Assembly (NCBI GenBank): GCA_023475165.1
Contig: JAMCWA010000029.1
Coordinates: 1,950 to 65,949, forward strand
Origin: Bacillota bacterium
GTDB taxonomy: Bacteria; Bacillota; Sulfobacillia; JAMCWA01
DNA length: 64,000 nt
Direction of reading: 5' to 3'
The notes beneath the pieces are model-generated. The model saw nothing but the letters and a program-made list of their open reading frames with translations. It ran no database searches and had not been told where the DNA came from. This document shows, in pieces, positions 25,599 through 34,076 of this stretch. Positions within the stretch are counted from its first letter, which is position 1; the number at the start of each line of letters is the position of its first letter. The position numbers and the translations under genes were made by a program.

Positions 25599-26669
25599 AT
25601 GCCTGAAGACATTATCAGTCTGGATAACGAACGGATCAAGTCGGCCCGTAAGCTCCTGACGGCTCGCGGACGGGCCGGGGCCGGCCGATTTCTCTTGGAG
25701 GGTCTGCGTTTGGTGGAGGAGGCCTTTGGTTCCGGGGTGGAGCTGGAGGTCCTTTTTTATACCCAGGATTTCTTGGAAGACCACCGCGGGCGTCACCTGG
25801 TGGAAGAGGTGACGGGGCTGGGAGGTAAAGCCTGGTCCGTTTCGCAGCGAGTGCTGAGGTCACTGAGCGAGACAGAGACGCCCCAGGGGGTGGTGGCCGT
25901 GGCCATTATGCCCCATTCTTCCGCCGCCGCCGTTCGGAGGACGCCGTCTCCTGCCGGAGATCCTGGAGAAGGGGCGAAAGGGGCCTCGGAGGCTAGGAGA
26001 TTCCGCCAATGGGTAAAACCGGGCGTGAAGATCGGGTCATCCGGAGAAGAGCAGATGGCTGGGGAGGGGGAGCGGAGGCAGGGATGGTCTGGGGTTGAGG
26101 TGGTGGACCACCCCCAGTTGGAAGGGGTGGATGAGGAGGGGGATTGGGTTGGATTATTCCGGAGGGTTTTATCTCGCCCGTCGCCTCTTATCTTGATAGC
26201 CGACGGTTTACAGGACCCCGGCAACCTCGGCACCATGATCCGGACGGCCGATGCGGCCGGTGCCGACGGGGTCTTCACCACCCCGGGCACCGTTGACCTT
26301 TATAACCCCAAGGTCCTGCGGGCCAGCATGGGTTCCCTCTTTCACCTGCCTGTGCTCCCCGTTTCCAGCGTCGCCCGCCTTCTGTCGGAGGTTACCGGGG
26401 TAGGGCTGATGGTTCTGGCGGCGGACGCCGGGGCGGAAGAGAACATTTATCAATTCGATCTGCGGGGTCCGGTCCTTTTTGCTGTCGGCAATGAGGGGGC
26501 CGGGGTGAGTCCGCTGCTCCTGGCCCACAGCCGGCGGGTGGCCATCCCCATGCCGGGACGAGCGGAATCCCTCAATGCCGCAGTGGCGGCGTCGATACTG
26601 CTATTTGAGGCTGTTCGCCAGAGACGCCAGAAGCACATGTCGTCCCTGGCGCCGACCCAGACCCGGTAA
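25599..26669 (+). CDS. TrmH/SpoU-family RNA 2'-O-methyltransferase (YsgA/RlmB-like) with a ~90-aa low-complexity insertion
   Basis: SpoU motifs DGLQDPGNLGTMIRTADAAG, FAVGNEGAGVS and IPMPGRAESLNAAVAASI. Sits upstream of pheS as ysgA does in Bacillus. 356 aa against roughly 250-270 for typical members. Confidence 0.85.
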   Translation: MPEDIISLDNERIKSARKLLTARGRAGAGRFLLEGLRLVEEAFGSGVELEVLFYTQDFLEDHRGRHLVEEVTGLGGKAWSVSQRVLRSLSETETPQGVVAVAIMPHSSAAAVRRTPSPAGDPGEGAKGASEARRFRQWVKPGVKIGSSGEEQMAGEGERRQGWSGVEVVDHPQLEGVDEEGDWVGLFRRVLSRPSPLILIADGLQDPGNLGTMIRTADAAGADGVFTTPGTVDLYNPKVLRASMGSLFHLPVLPVSSVARLLSEVTGVGLMVLAADAGAEENIYQFDLRGPVLFAVGNEGAGVSPLLLAHSRRVAIPMPGRAESLNAAVAASILLFEAVRQRRQKHMSSLAPTQTR

Positions 26670-26707
26670 GCTGGAATAAGATCGGATTATTTTAAAGATT
26701 GCCGGAC

Positions 26708-26737
26708 TTGTTTTTTGAACGGGTACTGTGATATAAT
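26708..26737 (+). promoter_or_regulatory. Sigma-A promoter (extended -10) of the pheST leader
   Basis: TTGTTT (26708-26713), 18-nt spacer ending TGA, TATAAT (26732-26737). Confidence 0.55.
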
Positions 26738-26769
26738 CTTTATACGAGCTAAAAAGGGGGCGTGACCAG

Positions 26770-26859
26770 ATGACAGCCGCCATGTTCTTCTGGAAATTCT
26801 TTGAACTGACTGGCTCGATCAGCGCCTACCTTCTTTACAAACGATATTCGTTACAGTGA
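26770..26859 (+). CDS. 29-codon Phe/aromatic-rich mini-ORF in the pheST leader (candidate leader peptide or small protein)
   Basis: AGGGGG SD 9 nt before ATG 26770. Sequence MTAAMFFWKFFELTGSISAYLLYKRYSLQ, with Phe at codons 6, 7, 10 and 11. Its stop TGA 26857-26859 lies at the base of T-box Stem I. Confidence 0.4.
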   Translation: MTAAMFFWKFFELTGSISAYLLYKRYSLQ

Positions 26860-27205
26860 AAGGCGAGGACGGAGAAAAGTAAGCGGCTGACGAACCTCCA
26901 GGGAGGGGGTGCCGTGACTGAAAGCACCCCCGGGCGAGTTCCGCTGAAGTTCGCTCCTGAGCTGCCAATTGAAAGAGGCCATTGGTCCTGCAGGTTGCCC
27001 AAAATCAGGCCCGGGTCCGGGCGGGCCAATCCGGGAGGACCCCTGGTCATCAAGTAGATCTGGCCGGTGGTTTACCGTTACGAGAACGGGGTTTACCATT
27101 TGGGGACCTGGTGAACCCAGTGAGGGAGGCCGAAGGGCCTAAGAAGGGTGGTACCGCGGAAGCTTGGCTTCCGTCCTGGCAAGGGACGGAAGCTATTTTA
27201 ATTTT
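26858..27205 (+). promoter_or_regulatory. T-box riboswitch, Phe specifier (TTC)
   Basis: Stem I start GGCGAGGACGGAGAAAAGTAAGC. Specifier GAAGTTCG with TTC at 26950-26952. T-box AGGGTGGTACCGCG at 27145-27158. Terminator GCTTCCGTCC/GGACGGAAGC plus a T-rich tail (27167-27205). Confidence 0.9.
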
Positions 27206-27218
27206 GGGGGGAAAAGAT

Positions 27219-28241
27219 TTGCGAGAGCGATTGCCACAGATCACCCAGGAAGCGTTGCAGTCAATCCAGATCGCCCGGAACCTGGAAGATCTGAAGAACA
27301 CCAGGGTCAGGTTCCTGGGGAGGAAGGGCCTTTTGACCGAGATTCTGCGGGGGATGGGGAATCTTCCGCCGGAAGAGAGACCGCTGCTTGGGCAACTGGC
27401 CAACGCCAGCCGTCAGGAGATTGAGGCCAGGTTAAGCCAGCGGGAGATGGAGCTGAAGGAAGAGGAGAAAGAGAGCCGCTGGAAGCGCGAGGCTCTTGAT
27501 GTGACCCTCCCCGGGGTGGAACTGCCGCGGGGGCATAAACATCCCCTCCGCCAGGTGTGGGAGGAAATCGAGGCGATCTTTATTTCTATGGGTTTTGAGG
27601 TGGCACACGGGCCGGAGGTGGAGACTGATTTTTACAATTTTGAGGCCTTAAACATCCCTCCTGATCATCCGGCCCGTGATATGCAAGATTCCTTCTTTTT
27701 TACTGAGGAGATCCTCCTGCGCACTCAGACCTCGCCGGTTCAGATCCGCACCATGCAGGCCCGGGCGCCCCGCCTGCCGGTAAAGATCATTGCCCCTGGA
27801 CGGGTCTACCGCAGGGACGATGATGCCACCCATTCGCCGATGTTTCATCAGGTGGAGGGCCTACTGGTGGATACAGGAGTGACATTTGGCGATCTGAAAG
27901 GAACCTTGGAAACCTTCGCCCGGCGCCTTTACGGACCGGGGACGCGGATCAGGCTGCGCCCCAGCTATTTTCCTTTCACGGAACCCAGTGCGGAAGTGGA
28001 TGTCTCCTGCACCATTTGCGGTGGCCAGGGCTGTCGGGTTTGCAAGGGGACTGGGTGGCTGGAGATCTTGGGTACGGGGATGGTACACCCCGGGGTTTTG
28101 CAGAACGGCGGCTACGATCCGGAAAAGGTGACCGGCTTTGCCTTCGGTATGGGGATCGAGCGCGTGGCCATGCTCAAATATGGGATTGACGACCTGCGCC
28201 ACTTCTTTACTAATGACATAAGGTTTCTGGAACAGTTCTAA
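27219..28241 (+). CDS. pheS: Phenylalanyl-tRNA synthetase alpha subunit
   Basis: TTG 27219 ([13 protein letters not shown]) follows a G-rich SD and gives the canonical ~340 aa. Class II motifs [43 protein letters not shown]. Confidence 0.95.
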   Translation: MRERLPQITQEALQSIQIARNLEDLKNTRVRFLGRKGLLTEILRGMGNLPPEERPLLGQLANASRQEIEARLSQREMELKEEEKESRWKREALDVTLPGVELPRGHKHPLRQVWEEIEAIFISMGFEVAHGPEVETDFYNFEALNIPPDHPARDMQDSFFFTEEILLRTQTSPVQIRTMQARAPRLPVKIIAPGRVYRRDDDATHSPMFHQVEGLLVDTGVTFGDLKGTLETFARRLYGPGTRIRLRPSYFPFTEPSAEVDVSCTICGGQGCRVCKGTGWLEILGTGMVHPGVLQNGGYDPEKVTGFAFGMGIERVAMLKYGIDDLRHFFTNDIRFLEQF

Positions 28242-28275
28242 GACATCCAACTTCTGTTCTCAGGGAGTGAAAGTG

Positions 28276-30822
28276 ATGAGGGTTTCCCATAACTGGCTAA
28301 AGGAATACGTCGATTCTGACCTCACCCCGCGGGACCTGGCCGAGGCTTTAACCCAGGCTGGGGTGAATGTGGCCCAAGTGGAAAAAGTGGAGGGGGCGCG
28401 GGGGGTGGTGGTGGCCAGGATCGTCACCTTGAGGCCGCATCCGAACTCGGACCGCCTTTTGGTAGCCGCGGTTTCGGCGGGAGAGAGCGGAGGCCAGGTG
28501 GTAACGGGCGCCACCAATATCAAGCCCGGGGATTGTGTACCCTGGGCGGCTCCTGGGGCCATACTGCCTGGAAACTGGGCCATCGGCACGACCGATTTGC
28601 GTGGCGTTCGATCGGAGGGGATGCTCCTCTCCGAAACAGAGCTCCTTTTGGGCCAACCTCACCTGGAGGACGAGGGCATTCTCGTCCTGGGGGAGGATGC
28701 TGTGCCTGGGACGCCGGTAACCCCCCTCCTGGGTCTGGAGGACCATATGCTGGAACTGGACCTCACTCCGAACTACGCTGCCCATTGTCAGAGCATGATC
28801 GGAGTGGCCCGGGAGGTAACGGTCATCACTGGTGGGAAGCTACGGTGGCCAGGCCGAGCAGCGACTCCCGCCGGTCCCCTTCCGCCCGGTGGCCTCGCCG
28901 GCAAGGCCGGGACTGTGCTCGGGACGGCTGGACCGAATCCGCTTTTCTCCTGGGTCACGGTGGAGGTCTGGGACACGGATCTCTGTCCTCGCTACACGGG
29001 GCGGATCATCTCCGACGTCAAGATTGGCCCTTCTCCGGCCTGGATGCGACAACGGCTCCAGTCAGCCGGGATCAGACCCATCAACAACGTGGTGGATGTC
29101 ACCAACTACGTCATGCTGGAACTGGGACAGCCGCAGCACGCCTTCGATTACGATCTGCTCCGGCAGAAAAAGGTGATCGTCCGCCGGGCCAGGGTCGGTG
29201 AGAAGATCCGGACCCTGGACGGTGTGGAAAGAACCCTGGAGGGGGACGATCTCGTCATAGCCGATCCGGAACGGGCCATAGGCATTGCCGGGGTCATGGG
29301 CGGAGAAGAGACTGAGATTACCGCTTCCACCAGGACCATCTTCTTGGAGTCGGCCTATTTCGCGGGACGGGGGATCAGCCGGACCTCGCGGCGCCTGGGT
29401 TTACGTTCCGAGGCCTCCGGTCGCTTTGAAAAGGGGCTGGACCCCAATCTGGCCCTGGTGGCAGCGGACCGGGCAGTGGAATTAATGGAATTGCTCGGGG
29501 CCGGGAAGGGGGTTCCCGGGGTAGTCGACCTTTACCCCAACCCGGTCAAGCCCCGGGAGATCACCCTACGGCTGGAGCGAATGAACGGGCTCTTGGGGAC
29601 AGACTTAACCGTTGAGGAGACGGCCTCCATCTTACGGCGTTTGGGGTTTGCCACTGAGTTGGAGGTCGCAGGGTCTGATAGTCTTGAGGCCCCAACTGGG
29701 ACGATGGAGAAAGGTCCCCGAATCTTGGTCCACGTTCCCACCTTCCGACCCGATATTGAGGCAGAAGTGGACCTGGCGGAGGAGGTGGCACGGGTCTATG
29801 GTTTCAACCGCATAAAAACCACTCTGCCCTTTGGGCCCACCACCTCTGGGGGCAAGGACCGGGAACACCAATTGGTGGACTTGGCCCGGGGAGAGCTGGT
29901 AAGTATGGGGCTGGACGAGGTCTTGACTTATTCCTTTATCCACCCGGCTACCTTCGACCGTCTCCGCCTGCCGGTCGATGACCTCCAGAGGAGGGCACTG
30001 GTGCTTTCGAACCCCCTCTCTGAGGAACAGAGCGTCATGCGGACCGGCCTCCTTGGTAGTATCCTCGAGGTTATGGCCTATAACGCCAGCCGGAAAAACG
30101 CCGATCTGGCCATCTTTGAAATCGGGACGGTGTACCTGCCGGTGGAGGTTCCCCCAACCAGGCAGCCCGAAGAGGTCTGGCGGCTGGGGTTAGGGGCTAT
30201 GGGAAACTGGCGGCGCAAAACCTGGCGGGAACCGGCGGCTGCCGGAGACTTCTATTACCTGAAGGGCGTCCTGGAGAGGCTCCTTGAAAGGCTGGGGCTG
30301 GAGGGGCGGTTTGAGGCCGGTCAGCATCCGACCTTCCAGCCAGGACGGACAGCCAGGTTGTTGGTGCGATCCAAAGCCCGCCGGAAGGCTCACCAGTTGG
30401 TTATGGTGGGTTGGTTGGGGCAGGTTCACCCCGATGTCCAGGGGGCCTATGACCTGCCGGGAAGTTGTTATCTGGCGGAACTGGACTTCTCGTATCTATT
30501 GAAGGAGGCCGATCTGACCAGGACCTACCAGGCTTGGACCAGGTTCCCGGCCGTTGCCAGAGACCTGGCCTTGGTGGCACCGGAAGGGGTCCCAGCCCAA
30601 GACATCGCTGAGGTCATCCAGCAAGAGGGCGGGGAGCTCCTGGAGAGCTGGCGGCTATTCGACCTGTACCAGGGTGATCCTGTCCCGTCCGGTTACCGTA
30701 GCCTGGCCTTCTCTCTCACCTACCGTTCAACGGAACGGACTTTGACCGACGAAGAGGTAGACGACAGACAGGAACAGGTCTTACGGAGGCTTCAGGAGGG
30801 GTACGGGGTCAGGTTGAGATAG
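28276..30822 (+). CDS. pheT: Phenylalanyl-tRNA synthetase beta subunit
   Basis: ATG 28276 lies 8 nt after AGGGAG and gives MRVSHNWLKEYV. tRNA-binding, B3/4, B5 and FDX-ACB regions are recognisable. Confidence 0.95.
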   Translation: MRVSHNWLKEYVDSDLTPRDLAEALTQAGVNVAQVEKVEGARGVVVARIVTLRPHPNSDRLLVAAVSAGESGGQVVTGATNIKPGDCVPWAAPGAILPGNWAIGTTDLRGVRSEGMLLSETELLLGQPHLEDEGILVLGEDAVPGTPVTPLLGLEDHMLELDLTPNYAAHCQSMIGVAREVTVITGGKLRWPGRAATPAGPLPPGGLAGKAGTVLGTAGPNPLFSWVTVEVWDTDLCPRYTGRIISDVKIGPSPAWMRQRLQSAGIRPINNVVDVTNYVMLELGQPQHAFDYDLLRQKKVIVRRARVGEKIRTLDGVERTLEGDDLVIADPERAIGIAGVMGGEETEITASTRTIFLESAYFAGRGISRTSRRLGLRSEASGRFEKGLDPNLALVAADRAVELMELLGAGKGVPGVVDLYPNPVKPREITLRLERMNGLLGTDLTVEETASILRRLGFATELEVAGSDSLEAPTGTMEKGPRILVHVPTFRPDIEAEVDLAEEVARVYGFNRIKTTLPFGPTTSGGKDREHQLVDLARGELVSMGLDEVLTYSFIHPATFDRLRLPVDDLQRRALVLSNPLSEEQSVMRTGLLGSILEVMAYNASRKNADLAIFEIGTVYLPVEVPPTRQPEEVWRLGLGAMGNWRRKTWREPAAAGDFYYLKGVLERLLERLGLEGRFEAGQHPTFQPGRTARLLVRSKARRKAHQLVMVGWLGQVHPDVQGAYDLPGSCYLAELDFSYLLKEADLTRTYQAWTRFPAVARDLALVAPEGVPAQDIAEVIQQEGGELLESWRLFDLYQGDPVPSGYRSLAFSLTYRSTERTLTDEEVDDRQEQVLRRLQEGYGVRLR

Positions 30823-30970
30823 ATTGGGAAAAAGGGAGCCCAGTGGCTGGGGGGCAACCCCCGGTTTAAAAGCCGCGACCAGATCGTCGATACCCGTTTC
30901 CGAGGTGCTAAGTAGAAAAATTCTTCACGGTGATGCATATAAAGTTTCCACCTGGCCAAAATACCACTAG

Positions 30971-31387
30971 AGGTCTGCAGTAGCCGAGCTAAGACTGTCA
31001 TAGGTTCCCGCCGGGGATCTATGATAGTCGAGCAAAGGTTGTCAGGGGCCTACCGGTTCCTGGCAGCCGGAGCGCAGATCATCAGGCGTCCTGTCAGGGT
31101 TCCTGGCAGTCCCTTAGATTGTCAGGGGCTCAAAAGGGATGTCTGGTGGTCGAGCAAAGATCATCATGGGTTCCGCAGGTCTGCTAACAGGCTCTACGGG
31201 ACACCGTCTCGCCGACTAGAGGTTTACGGCAGCCGAGAGGTTGCCGTAGGCTTCGCAGGTACTCATGATGGTCGAGATAAGGTTATTGCAGGTTCCGTAA
31301 GGGTCTATGGTAGCCGAAAGGTTGCCGTGGGCTCTGTAGGGATCTGCAGTAGCCGGACGAAGGTTGCTGCAGGCTTCTTTTTTGTTT
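30971..31387 (+). repeat. Array of about ten degenerate 37-45-nt hairpin repeats ending in an intrinsic terminator; candidate structured multi-hairpin RNA
   Basis: Units share CTNNNG-(G/A)T-AGCCGAG..AAGGTTG-NNNN-AGG. Clear hairpins: TACGGCA-GCCGAGAGGT-TGCCGTA (31225-31248), CTATGGTA-GCCGAAAGGT-TGCCGTGG (31305-31330) and CTGCAGTA-GCCGGACGAAGGT-TGCTGCAG (31344-31372), followed by the T-run 31375-31387. Confidence 0.7.
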
Positions 31388-31388
31388 A

Positions 31389-31493
31389 GGCGCCCGAAGG
31401 TGAGAAGTGATCAAACCAACTCCTTGTCATGAAATATTGCGCTTACCTTCTTTGGGGCGGCGCCCGAAGGTGAGAAGTGACCAAACCCACTCC
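31389..31493 (+). repeat. 35-bp direct repeat pair (offset 70 bp)
   Basis: GGCGCCCGAAGGTGAGAAGTGATCAAACCAACTCC (31389-31423) versus GGCGCCCGAAGGTGAGAAGTGACCAAACCCACTCC (31459-31493); 33/35 identical. Confidence 0.85.
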
Positions 31494-31685
31494 GGGCTTC
31501 GCTTCGCCGGAGGCGATGGCCGGCTCGACAAAAGCCGCTTGGCCGGCAATCGCCCTCCCGTCACCACCTGGCCGTTTGCACTGTTCTATACCGCCGCTTA
31601 AGGCGGCAGGGAGATTTGCTCCGCGCCTCTTTTGACAGACGCGGACGCTATAATATTTTAAGATTGCGCCAATTCATGTGAAGTA

Positions 31686-31714
31686 TTGCACAATAGGGGA
31701 AAGGGAAGTATAAT
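31686..31714 (+). promoter_or_regulatory. Candidate sigma-A promoter of the hydrogenase operon (implies a ~465-nt leader)
   Basis: TTGCAC (31686-31691), 17-nt spacer, TATAAT (31709-31714). Confidence 0.5.
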
Positions 31715-32185
31715 TGGATTGAAGGATTCTATCTATTTGGGCCGTACATATCCTGCAGCAGAGTTAGTACATTCTTGCGCAGCCCTGTCTATGTGAGAGA
31801 AGTAACTATATCTCTATGGCCTGTGATCTTCGGGCGAAGCGCCCTCCTCTCGGCACGGGTAGCAGTCCCCGCGACGGGGCGCAGAATACGCGGTCTGAGC
31901 CAATACTGACCTTGGCAAACTCCTAAGATTCTCCCATAAGTCTACTTTCAGGAGAAGGAATGTGACGGAACTAACAGGTATATCTTAAACCCCCGTCAGA
32001 ACATCCTGGGGAATAGGGTCGGCCGAGAGCCGATCTTGTTAGAAAAGAGACGATGTGATTTCCGGGAGGAGATTGTTCCGTCATTAACAACAGGGCAGGT
32101 GCTGAGAGAGAGTGGCGGCTGCGTTCTGACCGGACGGCTTATGAGAATCGATAGACAGCAATTCTGGAAGGAGGTTTGATGTCTC

Positions 32186-33229
32186 ATGGTGGTGGCCAGG
32201 AGTTTAACCATTCCTAATCCCCTGGTGCTATTGCCGAAGAAGGACTTGTCCCGGCTGGTACAACACCTCATGCAGCGTTATACGGTGGTGGGGCCGGTGG
32301 CCAAAGGGGGGGAGCATGCGTTCAGTGCCATCACTGACCCGGCTCAACTGACCCTGGATTACGTGAGCAGTCTCTTGCCTCCCAAGAAGGTTCTCCACCA
32401 ACCCTTTGAAGTGCTCTTCTCCTTCCATCAGGAGCAGGGTGTACTGGAGGAAAGGGAGCCAGCGAGGGGCCAGGTTCTTTTTGGGGTACATCCCTGCGAT
32501 GTCCATGCCATTGAGATCCTGGATAAAGCATACGGCCACGAGTATCCCGATCCCTATTACGTCAATAGGAGGCAGAACACCCTCATCGTTGCCGCCAACT
32601 GCACTAAGGTGGGGGATAACTGCTTTTGCCAATCTATGGGGACGGGTCCTGACTTGCAGAAGGGCTACGACCTCCTTCTGACCGACCTCGGCAGCCAGAT
32701 CCTGGTGGAGATCGGCAGCCCGGCGGGGGAGGATCTCTTGCAGCAGGTGCCTTTGCAGCCGGCTCCCCGGGTGATGTTGGTGGAAAAGGAGAAAAGACTC
32801 GATGAGGCGCGGCGTAAATTCAAGAAGCGCCTGAACACGTCAGGGCTGAAAGAGCTCTTAGAGGACAACTTCCGGCACCCCATCTGGGACGAACTCAGGC
32901 AGGACTGCCTGGCTTGTGGTTCTTGCACCATGGTTTGTCCCACTTGCTTTTGCTATAACGTTGTCGATAAACTGGACCTGAACCTGAAAAGCGGGCAGCG
33001 ACAGCGGGAATGGGATTCCTGCATGTTGCTCGAGTATGCCCAGGTGGCCATGGGTCACAATTTCCGCAAGGACCGGGATGCTCGCATCAAGCAGCGGATC
33101 TACCATAAGCTGGCTTACTACGAGCCCCAGTTCGGAACCCTGGGATGTGTTGGTTGCGGGCGTTGCATCGGCACCTGCGTGAAGCATATTGACATCACTG
33201 ACATTATGGCCAGGTTGGGAGGCGAGTGA
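32186..33229 (+). CDS. Group 3b (sulfhydrogenase-type) hydrogenase beta subunit, 4Fe-4S protein (HydB/AsrA-like)
   Basis: Cys motifs CLACGSCTMVCPTCFC and CVGCGRCIGTCVKH. The gene order beta-gamma-delta-alpha and the sizes 347/281/254/428 aa mirror Pyrococcus-type sulfhydrogenase. Confidence 0.8.
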   Translation: MVVARSLTIPNPLVLLPKKDLSRLVQHLMQRYTVVGPVAKGGEHAFSAITDPAQLTLDYVSSLLPPKKVLHQPFEVLFSFHQEQGVLEEREPARGQVLFGVHPCDVHAIEILDKAYGHEYPDPYYVNRRQNTLIVAANCTKVGDNCFCQSMGTGPDLQKGYDLLLTDLGSQILVEIGSPAGEDLLQQVPLQPAPRVMLVEKEKRLDEARRKFKKRLNTSGLKELLEDNFRHPIWDELRQDCLACGSCTMVCPTCFCYNVVDKLDLNLKSGQRQREWDSCMLLEYAQVAMGHNFRKDRDARIKQRIYHKLAYYEPQFGTLGCVGCGRCIGTCVKHIDITDIMARLGGE

Positions 33230-33230
33230 G

Positions 33231-34076
33231 GTGATCAATCCTTTTAAGCCTGCGAGAGCGCTAATCAGGGGCGTGCAAAAGGAAACTTACGACACCACGA
33301 CCTATACCTTATCCTTCGAGGACGCGCGGGTCCGGGAGGAGTTTGCCTTCCAGCCGGGGCAATTCAATATGATCACTCTTTTTGGCATTGGGGAGGCCCC
33401 CGTTTCCATCAGTTCCGATCCGGACGAGGGACCCACTTTTCAGCACACCGTCCGGCACGTGGGGAATGTAACCAAGGCCCTGGCCCGGCTGAAAGTTGGG
33501 GACGCCGTGGGTGTTCGCGGGGCCTACGGCACTGGTTGGCCCATGGAGCTGTTGCGGGGGAGGAATGTCCTGATCGTGGCGGGCGGTATCGGTCTGGCGC
33601 CACTACGGCCAGTCATAACACAAATACTGCGTCAACGGCGGGATTTTGGCCGGGTAGAGCTGCTCTACGGCGCCAGAACCCCAGCCGATATGCTCTACAC
33701 CCCTCAATTTCCACGGTGGCAGGAGGAGATCAAGCTTTACCAGGCGGTGGATGTGGTGCCGGATGGGTATAGCTGGGAACAACGCGTGGGTGTGGTGACC
33801 ACCCTTTTCGGGGAAATGGAGAGCCAGCCCGCGGACACCATCGTCTTGACCTGCGGCCCAGAGATCATGATGAAGTTTGTGGTTAAGGACCTTCTGACCA
33901 GGGGTTTTCTGTCCGATCAGATTTACGTTTCCTTGGAACGTCGGATGAGCTGTGGAGTGAAAAAGTGCGGCAAGTGCCAGATCGGTCCCAAATTCGTCTG
34001 CCGTGACGGCCCGGTGTTTGCCTATGCCGAGCTGATGGGGCTCAGCGAAGGGGTATTGGGAGGTGTGGCGGGGTGA
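33231..34076 (+). CDS. Hydrogenase gamma subunit, FAD/NAD(P)-binding 2Fe-2S oxidoreductase (HydG/AsrB/PyrK-like)
   Basis: GTG 33231 after GGGAGGCGAG. FAD-binding FQPGQFNMI...PVSISS, NAD-binding LIVAGGIGLAPL, C-terminal cluster CGVKKCGKCQIGPKFVCRDGPVF. Confidence 0.8.
   Translation: MINPFKPARALIRGVQKETYDTTTYTLSFEDARVREEFAFQPGQFNMITLFGIGEAPVSISSDPDEGPTFQHTVRHVGNVTKALARLKVGDAVGVRGAYGTGWPMELLRGRNVLIVAGGIGLAPLRPVITQILRQRRDFGRVELLYGARTPADMLYTPQFPRWQEEIKLYQAVDVVPDGYSWEQRVGVVTTLFGEMESQPADTIVLTCGPEIMMKFVVKDLLTRGFLSDQIYVSLERRMSCGVKKCGKCQIGPKFVCRDGPVFAYAELMGLSEGVLGGVAG

Noticed and set aside
31021-31389. 122-aa ORF with repetitive peptide motifs (VYGSREVAVGFAG / VYGSRKVAVGSVG) across the hairpin array.
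   Set aside because: The repeat unit lengths (about 37-45 nt) are not multiples of three. Stems show compensatory and G-U changes. There is no SD before ATG 31021. The ORF ends in the terminator T-run. An RNA-level repeat is more likely.
31632-31654. TTGACA ... TATAAT promoter-like hexamers.
   Set aside because: The spacer is only 11 nt, which is incompatible with sigma-A recognition. The better-spaced TTGCAC-17-TATAAT at 31686-31714 was reported instead.
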